A DNA stretch of 64,000 nucleotides from Dehalococcoidia bacterium (GTDB taxonomy: Bacteria > Chloroflexota > Dehalococcoidia > Lucifugimonadales > UBA3495). The notes beneath the pieces are model-generated. The model was not told the DNA's origin. It was given only the letters and a program-made list of their open reading frames with translations, and ran no database searches. Below are positions 54,218 to 63,782 of the stretch, one piece after another (position 1 is the stretch's first letter; the number at the start of each line of letters is the position of its first letter). Position numbers and translations under genes: made by a program. The DNA lies in assembly GCA_965203195.1 (NCBI GenBank), contig OZ241860.1, positions 210,774 to 274,773 of the forward strand, written 5' to 3'.

Positions 54218-55078
54218 ATGCCACAGCCGTCCCCCGTTCATGGCCATACCCATTCGCTGGCCGGCCGGACACATACCCACGAGGGCCAGGCTCCGCAGGC
54301 CGTGGTCTTTGAAAATCTGACGGTGCGGTACGGCGCCATTCTGGCGCTGGACGGAGTGTCGTTTTCCGTTGCGGCCGGCAGCCTGTCCGGCGTGGTTGGC
54401 CCCAACGGGGGCGGCAAGTCAACCCTGCTCAAGGCGGTGGTGGGGCTGGTGAAACCGGATGCGGGGCAGGCGCTGGTGCATGGCCGCCCCAGCGACCGGA
54501 TGCGGAAACAGATCGGCTTCGTGCCCCAGCTGGAGCAGGTGGACTGGAACTTCCCGGTGTCGGTGTGGGATGTGACGCTGATGGGGCTGACGCCGCAGCG
54601 GGGGCTGTTCCGCGCCCACAGCAGGGCCAACCGCGAGGCCGCCGCCGAGGCTTTGCGAACCGTTGACCTGATCGATTTGCGTCGCCGTTCCATCGGCGAG
54701 CTTTCCGGGGGCCAGCGACGGCGGGCGCTGCTGGCGCGGGCCATTGCGGCGCGGCCTTCGGCGCTGCTGCTGGACGAGCCGATGAACGGCCTGGATCCCA
54801 ACGCCCAGCATCGTTTTCTGGACATCATCGACCGGCTGCGCGCCGGCGGAACCACCGTCATTATGAGCACCCACGACCTGACCTGCGTTTCCGCCCGGGC
54901 CAGCGACGTGGCGCTGATCAACCGCCGTCTGGTGGCCTACGGCCCGCCGGATGAGGTGCTGCTGGAGTCCACGTTGGCCAATGTGTTCGGGCACCAGCTG
55001 GTGGTGCACGCCACCGGCGGGGTGTATGCGCTGCATCACCACGACCATCATATTGACTGGCCGGGGCGGGGCGGATAG
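54218..55078 (+). CDS. ABC transporter ATP-binding protein (metal-uptake ZnuC/MntB-like); no cognate permease adjacent
   Basis: GPNGGGKSTLL, LSGGQRRRALLARA and LLLDEP motifs, with a His-rich N-terminus (HGHTHSLAGRTHTHE) and C-terminus (HHHDHH). Confidence 0.85.
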   Translation: MPQPSPVHGHTHSLAGRTHTHEGQAPQAVVFENLTVRYGAILALDGVSFSVAAGSLSGVVGPNGGGKSTLLKAVVGLVKPDAGQALVHGRPSDRMRKQIGFVPQLEQVDWNFPVSVWDVTLMGLTPQRGLFRAHSRANREAAAEALRTVDLIDLRRRSIGELSGGQRRRALLARAIAARPSALLLDEPMNGLDPNAQHRFLDIIDRLRAGGTTVIMSTHDLTCVSARASDVALINRRLVAYGPPDEVLLESTLANVFGHQLVVHATGGVYALHHHDHHIDWPGRGG

Positions 55079-55083
55079 GGCGG

Positions 55084-55980
55084 ATGGGGCGCAATGGCCT
55101 CGGCCGCGCCATCGCAAACGCCGTGGCCGCCCGGATCGGGCTGCTGCTGTTGGCGGGACTGGTTGCCGGCCTGACGGCGATGGCCTGCACCAGTGAATTA
55201 GCCTTGCCAAACACGATCAGCGCCGGAAGCTCTCATACCTGCGGGATCCGCACGGACGGCAGCGTGGAATGTTGGGGCGATGACAGTTCTAGGCAAACTC
55301 GGGCGCCCGGGGGAGCGTTTCGGTCGATCAGCGCTGGCAGAGATCATACCTGTGGAGTTCGCCCTGATGCCAGTCTGGAATGCTGGGGCGATTACGAAGC
55401 CTGGTATTACCGCCCTCCGGATGGAGAGTTTCGGGCGGTTAGCGCCGGCGGTATGCATACCTGTGGGCTTCATGTTGATGGCAGCGTGGAATGCTGGGGC
55501 GCTACCTGGTATGGGCAATCGCGGGCGCCGGCGGGAGAGTTTCGGTCGATCAGCGCCGGCGGGTTTCATACCTGTGGGATTCGCATGGACGACAGCGTGG
55601 AATGCTGGGGCAATGACAAAAATGGACAATCCCGGGCGCCGGCGGGAGCATTTCAGTCGGTTAGCGCCGGCGAATCCCATACCTGTGGGGTGCGCACGGA
55701 TGGCCGCGTGGAGTGCTGGGGCGATGACGAATATGGTCAATCGTGGATGCCGATGGGAGCATTTCGGTCGGTCAGCGCCGGCGAATCCCATACCTGTGGG
55801 CTGCGCGCTAATGGCCTGGTGGAATGCTGGGGCAGTGACAGATATGGGCGAACGCGTGGGCTGGGCAAAAAGTTTCGGTCGGTTAGCGCCGGCGGATACC
55901 AGGCCTGTGGGGTTCGCACTAATGGCCGCATGGAATGCTGGCCCTACAACCGGGAGACGCCTGGCGGGAAGTTTCGTTAG
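55084..55980 (+). CDS. RCC1-like repeat (beta-propeller) protein with N-terminal signal/anchor
   Basis: Seven ~37-aa repeats of the form ISAG..HTCG(I/V/L)R.DGS(V/L)ECWG.... Hydrophobic N-terminus LLLLAGLVAGLTAMAC. Confidence 0.8.
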   Translation: MGRNGLGRAIANAVAARIGLLLLAGLVAGLTAMACTSELALPNTISAGSSHTCGIRTDGSVECWGDDSSRQTRAPGGAFRSISAGRDHTCGVRPDASLECWGDYEAWYYRPPDGEFRAVSAGGMHTCGLHVDGSVECWGATWYGQSRAPAGEFRSISAGGFHTCGIRMDDSVECWGNDKNGQSRAPAGAFQSVSAGESHTCGVRTDGRVECWGDDEYGQSWMPMGAFRSVSAGESHTCGLRANGLVECWGSDRYGRTRGLGKKFRSVSAGGYQACGVRTNGRMECWPYNRETPGGKFR

Positions 55981-56085
55981 CCATAGTAAAATCCCGCCCC
56001 GCCGCCGGCAATTTACAGCCGCCCCTGCCCCCGCTACAATCCGCCTTGCTTACCATCATTCACCACTCGCAGGAGAACCCGCCTG

Positions 56086-56934
56086 ATGTATGACCTCAAC
56101 GGCAAAGTAGCCCTCGTCACCGGCGCCGGCGGCCGCCACGGCATCGGCCGCGCCATTGCCACCCGCCTGGCCGCCGAAGGCGCCGATGTGGTGGTCACCG
56201 ACATTGAAGCGTCCCTGGACGCCATCCGCACCGAGGACCGGCTGGACGGCTGGCAGGGTCTGCCCAGCGTGGTCGCGGAAATCCGCGCCCTGGGCCGCCG
56301 CAGTCTGGGCCTCTACTACGATGTCGCCGACAGCGGCCAGGTGGACGCTATGCTGGCCGAGGCCCTCAACGAATTCGGGCAGGTGGACATCCTGGTCAAC
56401 AATGCCGGCTCCCGCCCCGGCCGCGACCGGGTGCTTGTTGTGGAGCTGGAGGAGGACGCCTTTGACGAGGTGATGCGGGTCAATGTGCGGGGCACTTATC
56501 TGGTCAGCCGCGCCGTGTGCCGCCACCTGATCGAACGGGGCGGCCCCGGCAAGATCATCAACATTTCCTCCGGCGCCGGCAAGCGGGGCATTGCCCGCTA
56601 CGGGGCATATTGCGCCAGCAAGTTCGCGGTCATCGGCTTTACCCAGTCGCTGGCCCACGAAATGGCGCCTTACCGGGTGAATGTGAACGCCATCTGCCCG
56701 GGCCTGGTGGACACGGAGCGGGTGGATTTCATCGCCGCCGCCCTGGCGCCGGAGGGGGCGTCGGGGGAGGAACACCGCGCGCTGATGGTGCGGGAGCGGG
56801 AGCTGCGGGTTCCGCTGGGGCGCATCGCGCAGGGGGAGGACATTGCGCGGATGGCGGCGTTTTTGGCCTCGGCGGAGTCGGACTATATGACGGGGTTGAG
56901 CGTTAGCGTGTCCGGGGGGTCGGAGATGAGCTAG
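56086..56934 (+). CDS. SDR-family oxidoreductase (FabG-like)
   Basis: TGAGGRHGIGRA cofactor motif, NNAG, and catalytic YCASK. Confidence 0.88.
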   Translation: MYDLNGKVALVTGAGGRHGIGRAIATRLAAEGADVVVTDIEASLDAIRTEDRLDGWQGLPSVVAEIRALGRRSLGLYYDVADSGQVDAMLAEALNEFGQVDILVNNAGSRPGRDRVLVVELEEDAFDEVMRVNVRGTYLVSRAVCRHLIERGGPGKIINISSGAGKRGIARYGAYCASKFAVIGFTQSLAHEMAPYRVNVNAICPGLVDTERVDFIAAALAPEGASGEEHRALMVRERELRVPLGRIAQGEDIARMAAFLASAESDYMTGLSVSVSGGSEMS

Positions 56935-56954
56935 GGCGAGGGGCTTTGCCCGAT

Positions 56955-56983
56955 TTGACACCGACGCCAGGGGCTGCTATAGT
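56955..56983 (+). promoter_or_regulatory. Near-consensus sigma70 promoter driving the low-GC three-gene operon
   Basis: TTGACA (56955-56960), an exactly 17-nt spacer, then TATAGT (56978-56983). GGAG lies 8 nt before the TTG start at 57037. Confidence 0.5.
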
Positions 56984-57036
56984 CCTGCCGTGCGTCAGCT
57001 CAGGCGCACAGGATCCTCATCGACGGAGAAGTTGCG

Positions 57037-57819
57037 TTGCTGATCAGACCCGAAATAGCGTCGCCAGCGCCAACGCTGGAATTCCTGAAACGCTGTTTAC
57101 GTTTCGTCAGCTTGGAGTGGCCGCACGCAGTGCGGGAAGCGGTGCCAGACGCTGGTTTCGAGGGGCAGTTCCGAGACAGCTGCGTCCGGCAGTTGCCGGG
57201 GTGGTCAATCGCGCCCCCGCACGAACTGCGGTTGGGCGCGTGGCTTGATACGCTGTCAGGCACATCGCACGAGGTGGACATCGTAGCTAAAATCAAAGGG
57301 ACAACCGCAGCGGCTGAACTGAAGAATCTGGCCGGCGGGCCCGGCAAAAATGACGTAGTCATCTTTTATGCCAAGATTCTCGACTACCTGCTCGCTAATC
57401 CCGATTTGGCCTATGATGACATTTGCCTGGCCTTTGTGTCGCGGACTACCTTCGACTGCAAGGTACTGGCGGCCTGCTTGAGCTTGGGCATACATCCGGT
57501 ATCGTCCGATCTACGCCCACTCCCTGTGCTGGTCAATAATGCAATGGCGATGCAAGTGGAATTGGATCGAGGGTTGCAAGTCGCCCCTCAATCATTGACG
57601 CGTTTTGAAGATTTTTGCGCCAATCTCAATCGCATGGCTTTAGCTTTGCGGGAAACTTGGCTGAACGACCGATGTAGATACGTTTCCTCCAATGATGGTT
57701 TGCTGTTTCAATCTGCGGAACCGATTGATGCGTGCGATTTAGCGGCGGAATTGCGACAGGCTAACAGTGATTGCATGGCAATCTACCGAGCCTTTCAACA
57801 CGCCCAACGCACGGAGTGA
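57037..57819 (+). CDS. Uncharacterised protein with a PD-(D/E)xK-like nuclease motif (island gene A)
   Basis: 260 aa with a TTG start. Motif ...SHEVD(81)IVAKIKGTTAAAE(94)LK(96)NLAG fits D-x(n)-E-x-K. Visibly lower GC than the flanks. No further family recognised. Confidence 0.6.
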   Translation: MLIRPEIASPAPTLEFLKRCLRFVSLEWPHAVREAVPDAGFEGQFRDSCVRQLPGWSIAPPHELRLGAWLDTLSGTSHEVDIVAKIKGTTAAAELKNLAGGPGKNDVVIFYAKILDYLLANPDLAYDDICLAFVSRTTFDCKVLAACLSLGIHPVSSDLRPLPVLVNNAMAMQVELDRGLQVAPQSLTRFEDFCANLNRMALALRETWLNDRCRYVSSNDGLLFQSAEPIDACDLAAELRQANSDCMAIYRAFQHAQRTE

Positions 57820-57828
57820 CGGCTAACA

Positions 57829-58929
57829 ATGAACATCAGCAGCTACAACATCACCGACGTCACTTATCATTACATCGGATTGCGTGTGTTGGATGGGATG
57901 CCCCCGGCCACCAAGCGTACCGAACAGATAGAAGCTGTTGCCAGCAACGTTCGTAAGTTCGTTAGCGACAGGAACCGGCGCCTGATGGTAACAGTGCGTG
58001 ACTCCACCTACAGAGGCACTGCGCAAAAAATATGCGCGGAGTTGAAGGATTTCCATTTCGTGAAGTCTCAGGGAAAATCAGCCGAAATCGGATATGTCTT
58101 GACCGAATCAGGAAGACACATCCTGGATCTGATGGCGCAACAAAACGCTGTGGCTTTGCGGCGTCTAATGGCCCGGATCCACTTGCAAACCTACGACAAC
58201 CTCCGCGCCGTGGTGCAAAACCATATCGCGGCCGGCCCGGTATGGCGTCCGAGCGAAGTCAAGGCAGAACACATTGGACAGGCGGACTACCTTGAGGCAT
58301 TGCTGGCACCCACGTTCGGGAGCGACGCTGCCGCGGTCGCGGTTGCGATCCGTGCCGAACATGGTGAACAAAGCCCTAGCAAGATTCGCGACGCGCTGCA
58401 CGCCAGGGTCATCAAGCAATTTTTGCCGGGTCAACGAATGGGCGTGGCCAATTTCCGAGGTATGTGCGATCGCTTGGCCACCCTGCGGCTGTTGAATCTC
58501 CGACGCGATACGGTCAAGAACTGCGAGTTCTACAAGACCTACTCCCCTTGCGTGGCCGAAGTGGCTCCGTATGACTGGTACACGCCTCTGGAGGTACCTC
58601 TGTCCAACGGTGAAACTTACCGGATATTTTTCTGCGAACCGGATATGGCAGAGAGGGGTAATCAGGGCATTTTGCTCGACGCCATCGACAATGCTATGCT
58701 TAAGCTGACCCCGGTGGCTGGTTACCATGACATCCCCGACCTGCGCGACACGGTTTGCGAGGGTTTGCTCATACCGGAGGCGGCATTCGATGACGGCCTC
58801 AACTGTCTGCTGGATCGCACGCCGTCGCCGCTGTCGGTTGGGTTCCATTACGAAAGGATTTCGGCCAATCGCAAGCCGCTGGTTCGCCGTCATACCAACC
58901 AGCTCCACAATCTGATCAGGAGGCAGTAA
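57829..58929 (+). CDS. Uncharacterised 366-aa protein, possible winged-helix region (island gene B)
   Basis: Begins 9 nt after gene A. Normal, non-shadow composition. The segment TAQKICAELKDFHFVKSQGKSAEIGYVLTESGRHILDLM looks wHTH-like (inference). No catalytic motif seen. Confidence 0.6.
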   Translation: MNISSYNITDVTYHYIGLRVLDGMPPATKRTEQIEAVASNVRKFVSDRNRRLMVTVRDSTYRGTAQKICAELKDFHFVKSQGKSAEIGYVLTESGRHILDLMAQQNAVALRRLMARIHLQTYDNLRAVVQNHIAAGPVWRPSEVKAEHIGQADYLEALLAPTFGSDAAAVAVAIRAEHGEQSPSKIRDALHARVIKQFLPGQRMGVANFRGMCDRLATLRLLNLRRDTVKNCEFYKTYSPCVAEVAPYDWYTPLEVPLSNGETYRIFFCEPDMAERGNQGILLDAIDNAMLKLTPVAGYHDIPDLRDTVCEGLLIPEAAFDDGLNCLLDRTPSPLSVGFHYERISANRKPLVRRHTNQLHNLIRRQ

Positions 58930-60284
58930 TGCTCAACCTTCCCCGCCGGCCGTCCCAACCAACTACATCCCCGTACGAAAAACTGGGGCTCCGGGACTTG
59001 CCCTTTGCCACCGAGCCCCTGATTGACCCCAACAGCATTGACCCGCGCCGCAACGGTGAGATATTCGCTACTTCGTCGGTGCAGGCGGAGATCGAAAAAT
59101 TCGAGCGTTTGCTGATCCGCCCCGCGGACTTCGGCAATCGGGTCAAATTGGCCTCACTGTGGGCCAAAGGCGAATCCTACCAGGGGCGGGGCATGGGCAA
59201 AACGGCTCTGCTGCGCTATTTTCAGCGTCGCATCAACCAGGACTGGGGGTACGAAGAGTTCGACGGCCAATTTTCCGCCGTGGTCGTCTATGTGGCGTTT
59301 CCCGACCAGGTAGATCGGCGCTGGATGGAGCAGCTGGCTTGGGCTGCGTTGGTCAACGTCTGCGAAGATGGCGTACTAACGGCGTCACGGGCAGCATTGC
59401 GGCGTGATGTGATGACCGACAGTGAGGTTGATGCCATCATCAATTTCAGCGACGCTCCTCGTCTGGATAACCTCCTGGACGACACTATCCTGGAAGACGT
59501 GGGGATAAACCCCTACGACGTGGACGGCAAAATTGAGCGCCTTCTGTTGGGCGAAGGGGTGACCCGAGCGGCAGCCCAGGCATTGGCCATGGGCGATTTC
59601 GAAGGATTTTTGAAGGGCCTGCGACGGGATGGCGAGCTTCGTCCTTACTACATTCCGCGGGATACGAAAGGGCTGGATTACGCGTGCAACCTTTTCTTCA
59701 ACGATGTTGTACGCTACCTGCGGGCCGCCGGCTTTGCCGGTGGATACCTGTTCATCGACGACGTCGAAAACCTGACCGACCAGATGAGGCCACGGCACCA
59801 GCTAGAGTTTGTCAAAGCATTGGGCATTTGCACCGTCCGGCCTGGCTACGCCAACTCAGCCTACGGCTTCTTCTCGTGCGTGTTAACCACCCACCATGAC
59901 GTCGTACAACGCCTTTCGGGGGCGTGGGCTGAAGCCGGCCTGTCGTCCTTTGCTCGCCTAGAGCCCGACGCCCCCACGTCAGTGGAACTACCCTTGCCGA
60001 CACCAGCTCAGGCCACCGCAATCATCACCGCTCATCTGGACTATTATCGCCTCGATCACGGCGAGGACCGTTCTATCAAGCCATTCACGGACGACGGCTT
60101 GTCCGCCCTGATGCAAAAAGCACAGCTACCGCGCGAGTTGCTGTCCAACGCGGCTCATGCCTGTATGCTGGCGGCTCAGAAAGGGGTGTCAGCCATCGAT
60201 GCCCAGCTGGTCGACGAGGCCACCGACAGTCAGTTTGTTCAGACGGCAACGGATTACACGGCCGGCCTGGCTGATTTCACCTAG
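58929..60284 (+). CDS. ExeA/AAA_22-like P-loop ATPase (island gene C)
   Basis: Its ATG overlaps the gene B stop (TAATG). The N-terminus [15 protein letters not shown] is like the ExeA-type 'FGL...PF' lead-in. Walker [11 protein letters not shown] (about residues 86-95), Walker [12 protein letters not shown], and a lid-like [16 protein letters not shown]. Confidence 0.7.
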   Translation: MLNLPRRPSQPTTSPYEKLGLRDLPFATEPLIDPNSIDPRRNGEIFATSSVQAEIEKFERLLIRPADFGNRVKLASLWAKGESYQGRGMGKTALLRYFQRRINQDWGYEEFDGQFSAVVVYVAFPDQVDRRWMEQLAWAALVNVCEDGVLTASRAALRRDVMTDSEVDAIINFSDAPRLDNLLDDTILEDVGINPYDVDGKIERLLLGEGVTRAAAQALAMGDFEGFLKGLRRDGELRPYYIPRDTKGLDYACNLFFNDVVRYLRAAGFAGGYLFIDDVENLTDQMRPRHQLEFVKALGICTVRPGYANSAYGFFSCVLTTHHDVVQRLSGAWAEAGLSSFARLEPDAPTSVELPLPTPAQATAIITAHLDYYRLDHGEDRSIKPFTDDGLSALMQKAQLPRELLSNAAHACMLAAQKGVSAIDAQLVDEATDSQFVQTATDYTAGLADFT

Positions 60285-60308
60285 CCGCACTGCCTTGGTC
60301 GCAGAGCT

Positions 60309-60599
60309 ATGCCCATCGACCGCGCCCAGGTACAGCACATCGCCGCCCTGGCCCGCATCGCCCTTACCGATGCCGAAACCGCGGCTTTTACCTGCCAGCT
60401 GTCCGACATCCTGGACCAGTTCCAGACCCTGCAAAGTCTGGACACCGCCGGCGTAGAACCTACGGCCCATGCGGCCGGCCTGGATACCGTGCTGCGCGAC
60501 GACGAACCCGCCGCGCCCCTGGACGTCGCCGATACCCTCCGCAACGCTCCCCAACGCCACGGCGACTTTTTCCGGGTGCGCGCCGTGCTGGACGAGTAG
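60309..60599 (+). CDS. gatC: Asp/Glu-tRNA amidotransferase subunit C
   Basis: 96 aa. [16 protein letters not shown]...L...IL..F..L...DT.GVEPT is the canonical GatC pattern. Lies immediately upstream of gatA. Confidence 0.88.
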   Translation: MPIDRAQVQHIAALARIALTDAETAAFTCQLSDILDQFQTLQSLDTAGVEPTAHAAGLDTVLRDDEPAAPLDVADTLRNAPQRHGDFFRVRAVLDE

Positions 60600-60619
60600 A
60601 GACGAGCAGAGGTGCCACT

Positions 60620-62083
60620 ATGCCTATGCCCGAACTCTGGCAACTGTCCGTCAGCGAGGCGTCGCGTCTGCTGGCGCGCCGTGAAATCAGCAGCGCCGAA
60701 CTCACGGACGCCGTCCTGGAACGCATCACCGCCGTTGACGGCCGCCTGTCGGCCTACATCACTGTAACCGCCGACCTGGCTCGCCGGCAGGCCGCCGCCG
60801 CCGACCGGCGCATTGCCGCCGGGAACGCCGCTCCGCTGACCGGCGTTCCGATGCAGGTCAAAGACCTGCTCTGCACCAACGGCGTACCTACCACCTGCGC
60901 TTCCCGGATGCTGGCCGAGTATGTTCCCGTGTACGATGCCACCGCCGTGGCCCGCCTGCGCGCCCAGGATGCCGTGCTGCTGGGCAAGGGCAATATGGAT
61001 GAATTCGGCATGGGTTCGTCCACGGAAAACTCCGCTTTCTTTCCCACCCGCAACCCCTGGGACACGGCCCGCGTCCCCGGCGGCAGCAGCGGCGGCTCCG
61101 CGGCGGCAGTGGCGGCCGGCGCGGCGCCCTTTGCTCTCGGCACCGACACCGGCGGCAGCATCCGCCAGCCGGCGGCTTTCTGCGGCGTCACCGGACTCAA
61201 ACCTACCTATGGCCGCGTCAGCCGCTACGGACTGGTGGCCTACGCTTCCTCGCTGGACCAGATTGGCCCTCTGGCCCGCGACGCCGCCGACTGCGCCCTG
61301 GTACTACAGGCCATCGCCGGCCATGACCCCCGCGACGCTACCTCCCTGCCCGACGCCGTTCCCGACTACACTGCCGCCCTCGCCGGCGACATCGCCGGCC
61401 TCCGACTGGGCGTCCCGCAAGAGTATTTCGGCGCCGGCATGGACGCCGGCGTCCGCGCCGCCGTGACCGCCGCCATCGACCGGCTGGCCGCCCTGGGCGC
61501 CGAAATTCATGAGGTATCCCTGCCCACCACCGAGTACGCCCTGGCCTGCTACTACATCATCGCCCCGTCGGAATGTTCCGCCAACCTGGCCCGCTACGAC
61601 GGCGTGAAGTACGGCTATTCCCACCAGGGCGAAGGCGATCTGTGGCAGGCGATGGAAGGCACCCGGCAGCACGGGTTCGGCGCCGAAGTGAAACGGCGCA
61701 TTATGCTGGGGGCTTTTGCGCTGTCATCGGGCTACTATGACGCCTACTACCTTAAGGCGCAGCAGGTGCGCACGCTGATCCGGCTGGATTTCGCCCGCGT
61801 CTTTGACGAGGTTGACGCTCTGGTGGCGCCGGTATCGCCGGTGGCGGCGTTCCCTATCGGGGAACGGGTTGACGACCCGTTGCGGATGTATCTGGTGGAC
61901 ATCTACACGCTGCCGGTGAACATCGCCGGGCTGCCGGCAATGTCCATTCCCTGCGGCTTTGCGGATGGCCTGCCGGTGGGCTTGCAGCTCATCGGCCCCC
62001 ACCTGTCGGAGTCGGCGCTGCTGAACATCGCGCATAGTTACCAGCAGGTTACGGGGTGGCACCGGATGCGGCCCGACATCTAG
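60620..62083 (+). CDS. gatA: Glutamyl-tRNA(Gln) amidotransferase subunit A
   Basis: 487 aa. [33 protein letters not shown], and the C-terminal [11 protein letters not shown]. Confidence 0.93.
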   Translation: MPMPELWQLSVSEASRLLARREISSAELTDAVLERITAVDGRLSAYITVTADLARRQAAAADRRIAAGNAAPLTGVPMQVKDLLCTNGVPTTCASRMLAEYVPVYDATAVARLRAQDAVLLGKGNMDEFGMGSSTENSAFFPTRNPWDTARVPGGSSGGSAAAVAAGAAPFALGTDTGGSIRQPAAFCGVTGLKPTYGRVSRYGLVAYASSLDQIGPLARDAADCALVLQAIAGHDPRDATSLPDAVPDYTAALAGDIAGLRLGVPQEYFGAGMDAGVRAAVTAAIDRLAALGAEIHEVSLPTTEYALACYYIIAPSECSANLARYDGVKYGYSHQGEGDLWQAMEGTRQHGFGAEVKRRIMLGAFALSSGYYDAYYLKAQQVRTLIRLDFARVFDEVDALVAPVSPVAAFPIGERVDDPLRMYLVDIYTLPVNIAGLPAMSIPCGFADGLPVGLQLIGPHLSESALLNIAHSYQQVTGWHRMRPDI

Positions 62084-62207
62084 GGCGCGCCGCGCGGCGC
62101 GGCGGCGCCGTCTCCGCCGGAACGCCGGGCATTAAAGACGCCCGCAAGGGAAAGCGCGGCGTCTTGACGATAGCGGCCCGGCGGCGCACAATAGAATCCG
62201 AAGGGAT

Positions 62208-62281
62208 TGCCCCATGGTGTAGCGGCAGCACGTCAGCCTTTGGAGCTGAAAGCCCAGGTTCGAATCCTGGCGGGGCAGCCA
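62208..62281 (+). tRNA. tRNA-Gln (anticodon UUG), CCA encoded
   Basis: Hand-folded: acceptor TGCCCCA/CGGGGCA (U1-A72, one A7-C66 mismatch), D arm GTGT/GCAC, anticodon arm TCAGC-CTTTGGA-GCTGA, 4-nt variable loop, T arm CCAGG-TTCGAAT-CCTGG, G73, CCA. The layout parallels bacterial tRNA-Gln. Confidence 0.88.
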
Positions 62282-62358
62282 GATCGCCGCCGGCATAGCC
62301 GGCCCGGCGCGTTGCCACCGCCGGGCCGGCCATTTTTTCGCCCGTCATTTTATTCAGG

Positions 62359-63762
62359 TTATTCAGGCGATGCGCGGCGTTCCAGGTACACCGGCAGGCC
62401 GCCTTTGGGACGCAGGGATACCAGCGGCTGCAACCGGATTTTGTGCCGTAGGTCGGGGCGCATCCGCCAGCGCTGGCCGATGGTCGCCAGCAGCAGTCGC
62501 GTTTCCATGCCGGCGAAACCCTCGCCAATGCACACCCGGGGGCCGCCGCCGAAAGGAAAGTAGGCGAAACGGGGCAGGCTTTCCCGGAACTCCGGCGTCC
62601 AGCGGTCGGGGCGAAACTCCAGCGGCGCCTCAAACCAGCGGGCGTCGCGCTGGATGACCAGCTGGGGCGCCGCCAGCACAGCCCCGGCCGGGATGTGGTA
62701 GCCGGCCAGCTCAAAAGGCTGGAACGCCATCCGCCCGGTAGTCCAAATGGGCGGGTAGAGGCGCATCGCTTCGGTGACAATGCGGTCGGTAAAAGGCAGG
62801 TTGGGCAAGTCGTCCAGAGCCGGCGGGCGCCCGGCCAGCGCCTCGTCCAGCTCGGCATGAAAGCGGGCCTGGATGTCGGGATGGACGGAAAGGAGATGCC
62901 AGGTCCAGGCGAGGGCCACGGCGGTGGTTTCGTGGCCGGCCACGAACAGGGTGATCACTTCATCCCGCAGCTGGGCATCGGTCATCACCGCCTCGTCCGG
63001 GTTGGCGGCGTCCTCATCCCGTATCTGCAACAGCATTGACAGCAGGTCGCTGCCGTCCACTCCCGATTGGCGGCGCTGCTCAATCAGGCCGTACACGGTT
63101 TCGTCAAGGAAAGACAGGTTGCGCTTGAAGCGGCGGGTAAAGGGCGCGGGCAGGCGGTGCAGCAGGGCGCCCAGGCGGCGGGGCTGGTTGCCCCGCGCGG
63201 TCACATAGTCGTTGCCCACCTCAAAAGCGGCGCCAATGCGCCGCACGGCATCGGGCAGCTCCAGGTCAAACAGCGTCTTGACGACGATGTGCAGGGTAAG
63301 GTCGCCCAGCTCGGCCATCAGGTCCAGGCGGGCGCCGTCCCGCCAGCCTTGCTGGTGGCGCCGGGCATAGTCGGCCATAATTTCAGCGTAGCCCTCAATG
63401 CGGCGGCGGTGAAACTGGGGCTGCATCAGCCGTCGCTGCCGGAGATGCAGGGGGCCGTCGGAAGTAACCAGGCCCTCGCCCAGCAGGTATTGCAGGGCTT
63501 CGGTGTTGCGCCCGCGCCCTACTTTCTGGTGGTTGTTGACGAATACCTCGCGCACCAGATCGGGATGGTTGAGCAGATAGACCAGGGCCGGCTTGACGGA
63601 CATCGTAGCCAGATCCCCGTAGGCGGCGGTTTCCCGCATAATGCCGATGGGGTCAAAGACATAGCGAAAAGACCGGCCCACCAGGGGCAGCTCTTTGGGG
63701 CCGGGCGGCAGGGAACGCCGGTCCACGGACGGGGCCGGCGGGTACAGGGCTCGGGTGGTCAT
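62359..63762 (-). CDS. Cytochrome P450
   Basis: From ATG 63762. I-helix FVAGHETTA, ExxR, and heme loop FPFGGGPRVCIGEGFA. Confidence 0.88.
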   Translation of the reverse strand: MTTRALYPPAPSVDRRSLPPGPKELPLVGRSFRYVFDPIGIMRETAAYGDLATMSVKPALVYLLNHPDLVREVFVNNHQKVGRGRNTEALQYLLGEGLVTSDGPLHLRQRRLMQPQFHRRRIEGYAEIMADYARRHQQGWRDGARLDLMAELGDLTLHIVVKTLFDLELPDAVRRIGAAFEVGNDYVTARGNQPRRLGALLHRLPAPFTRRFKRNLSFLDETVYGLIEQRRQSGVDGSDLLSMLLQIRDEDAANPDEAVMTDAQLRDEVITLFVAGHETTAVALAWTWHLLSVHPDIQARFHAELDEALAGRPPALDDLPNLPFTDRIVTEAMRLYPPIWTTGRMAFQPFELAGYHIPAGAVLAAPQLVIQRDARWFEAPLEFRPDRWTPEFRESLPRFAYFPFGGGPRVCIGEGFAGMETRLLLATIGQRWRMRPDLRHKIRLQPLVSLRPKGGLPVYLERRASPE

Positions 63763-63782
63763 TAGGTCGGCTCCGTTCCGGT

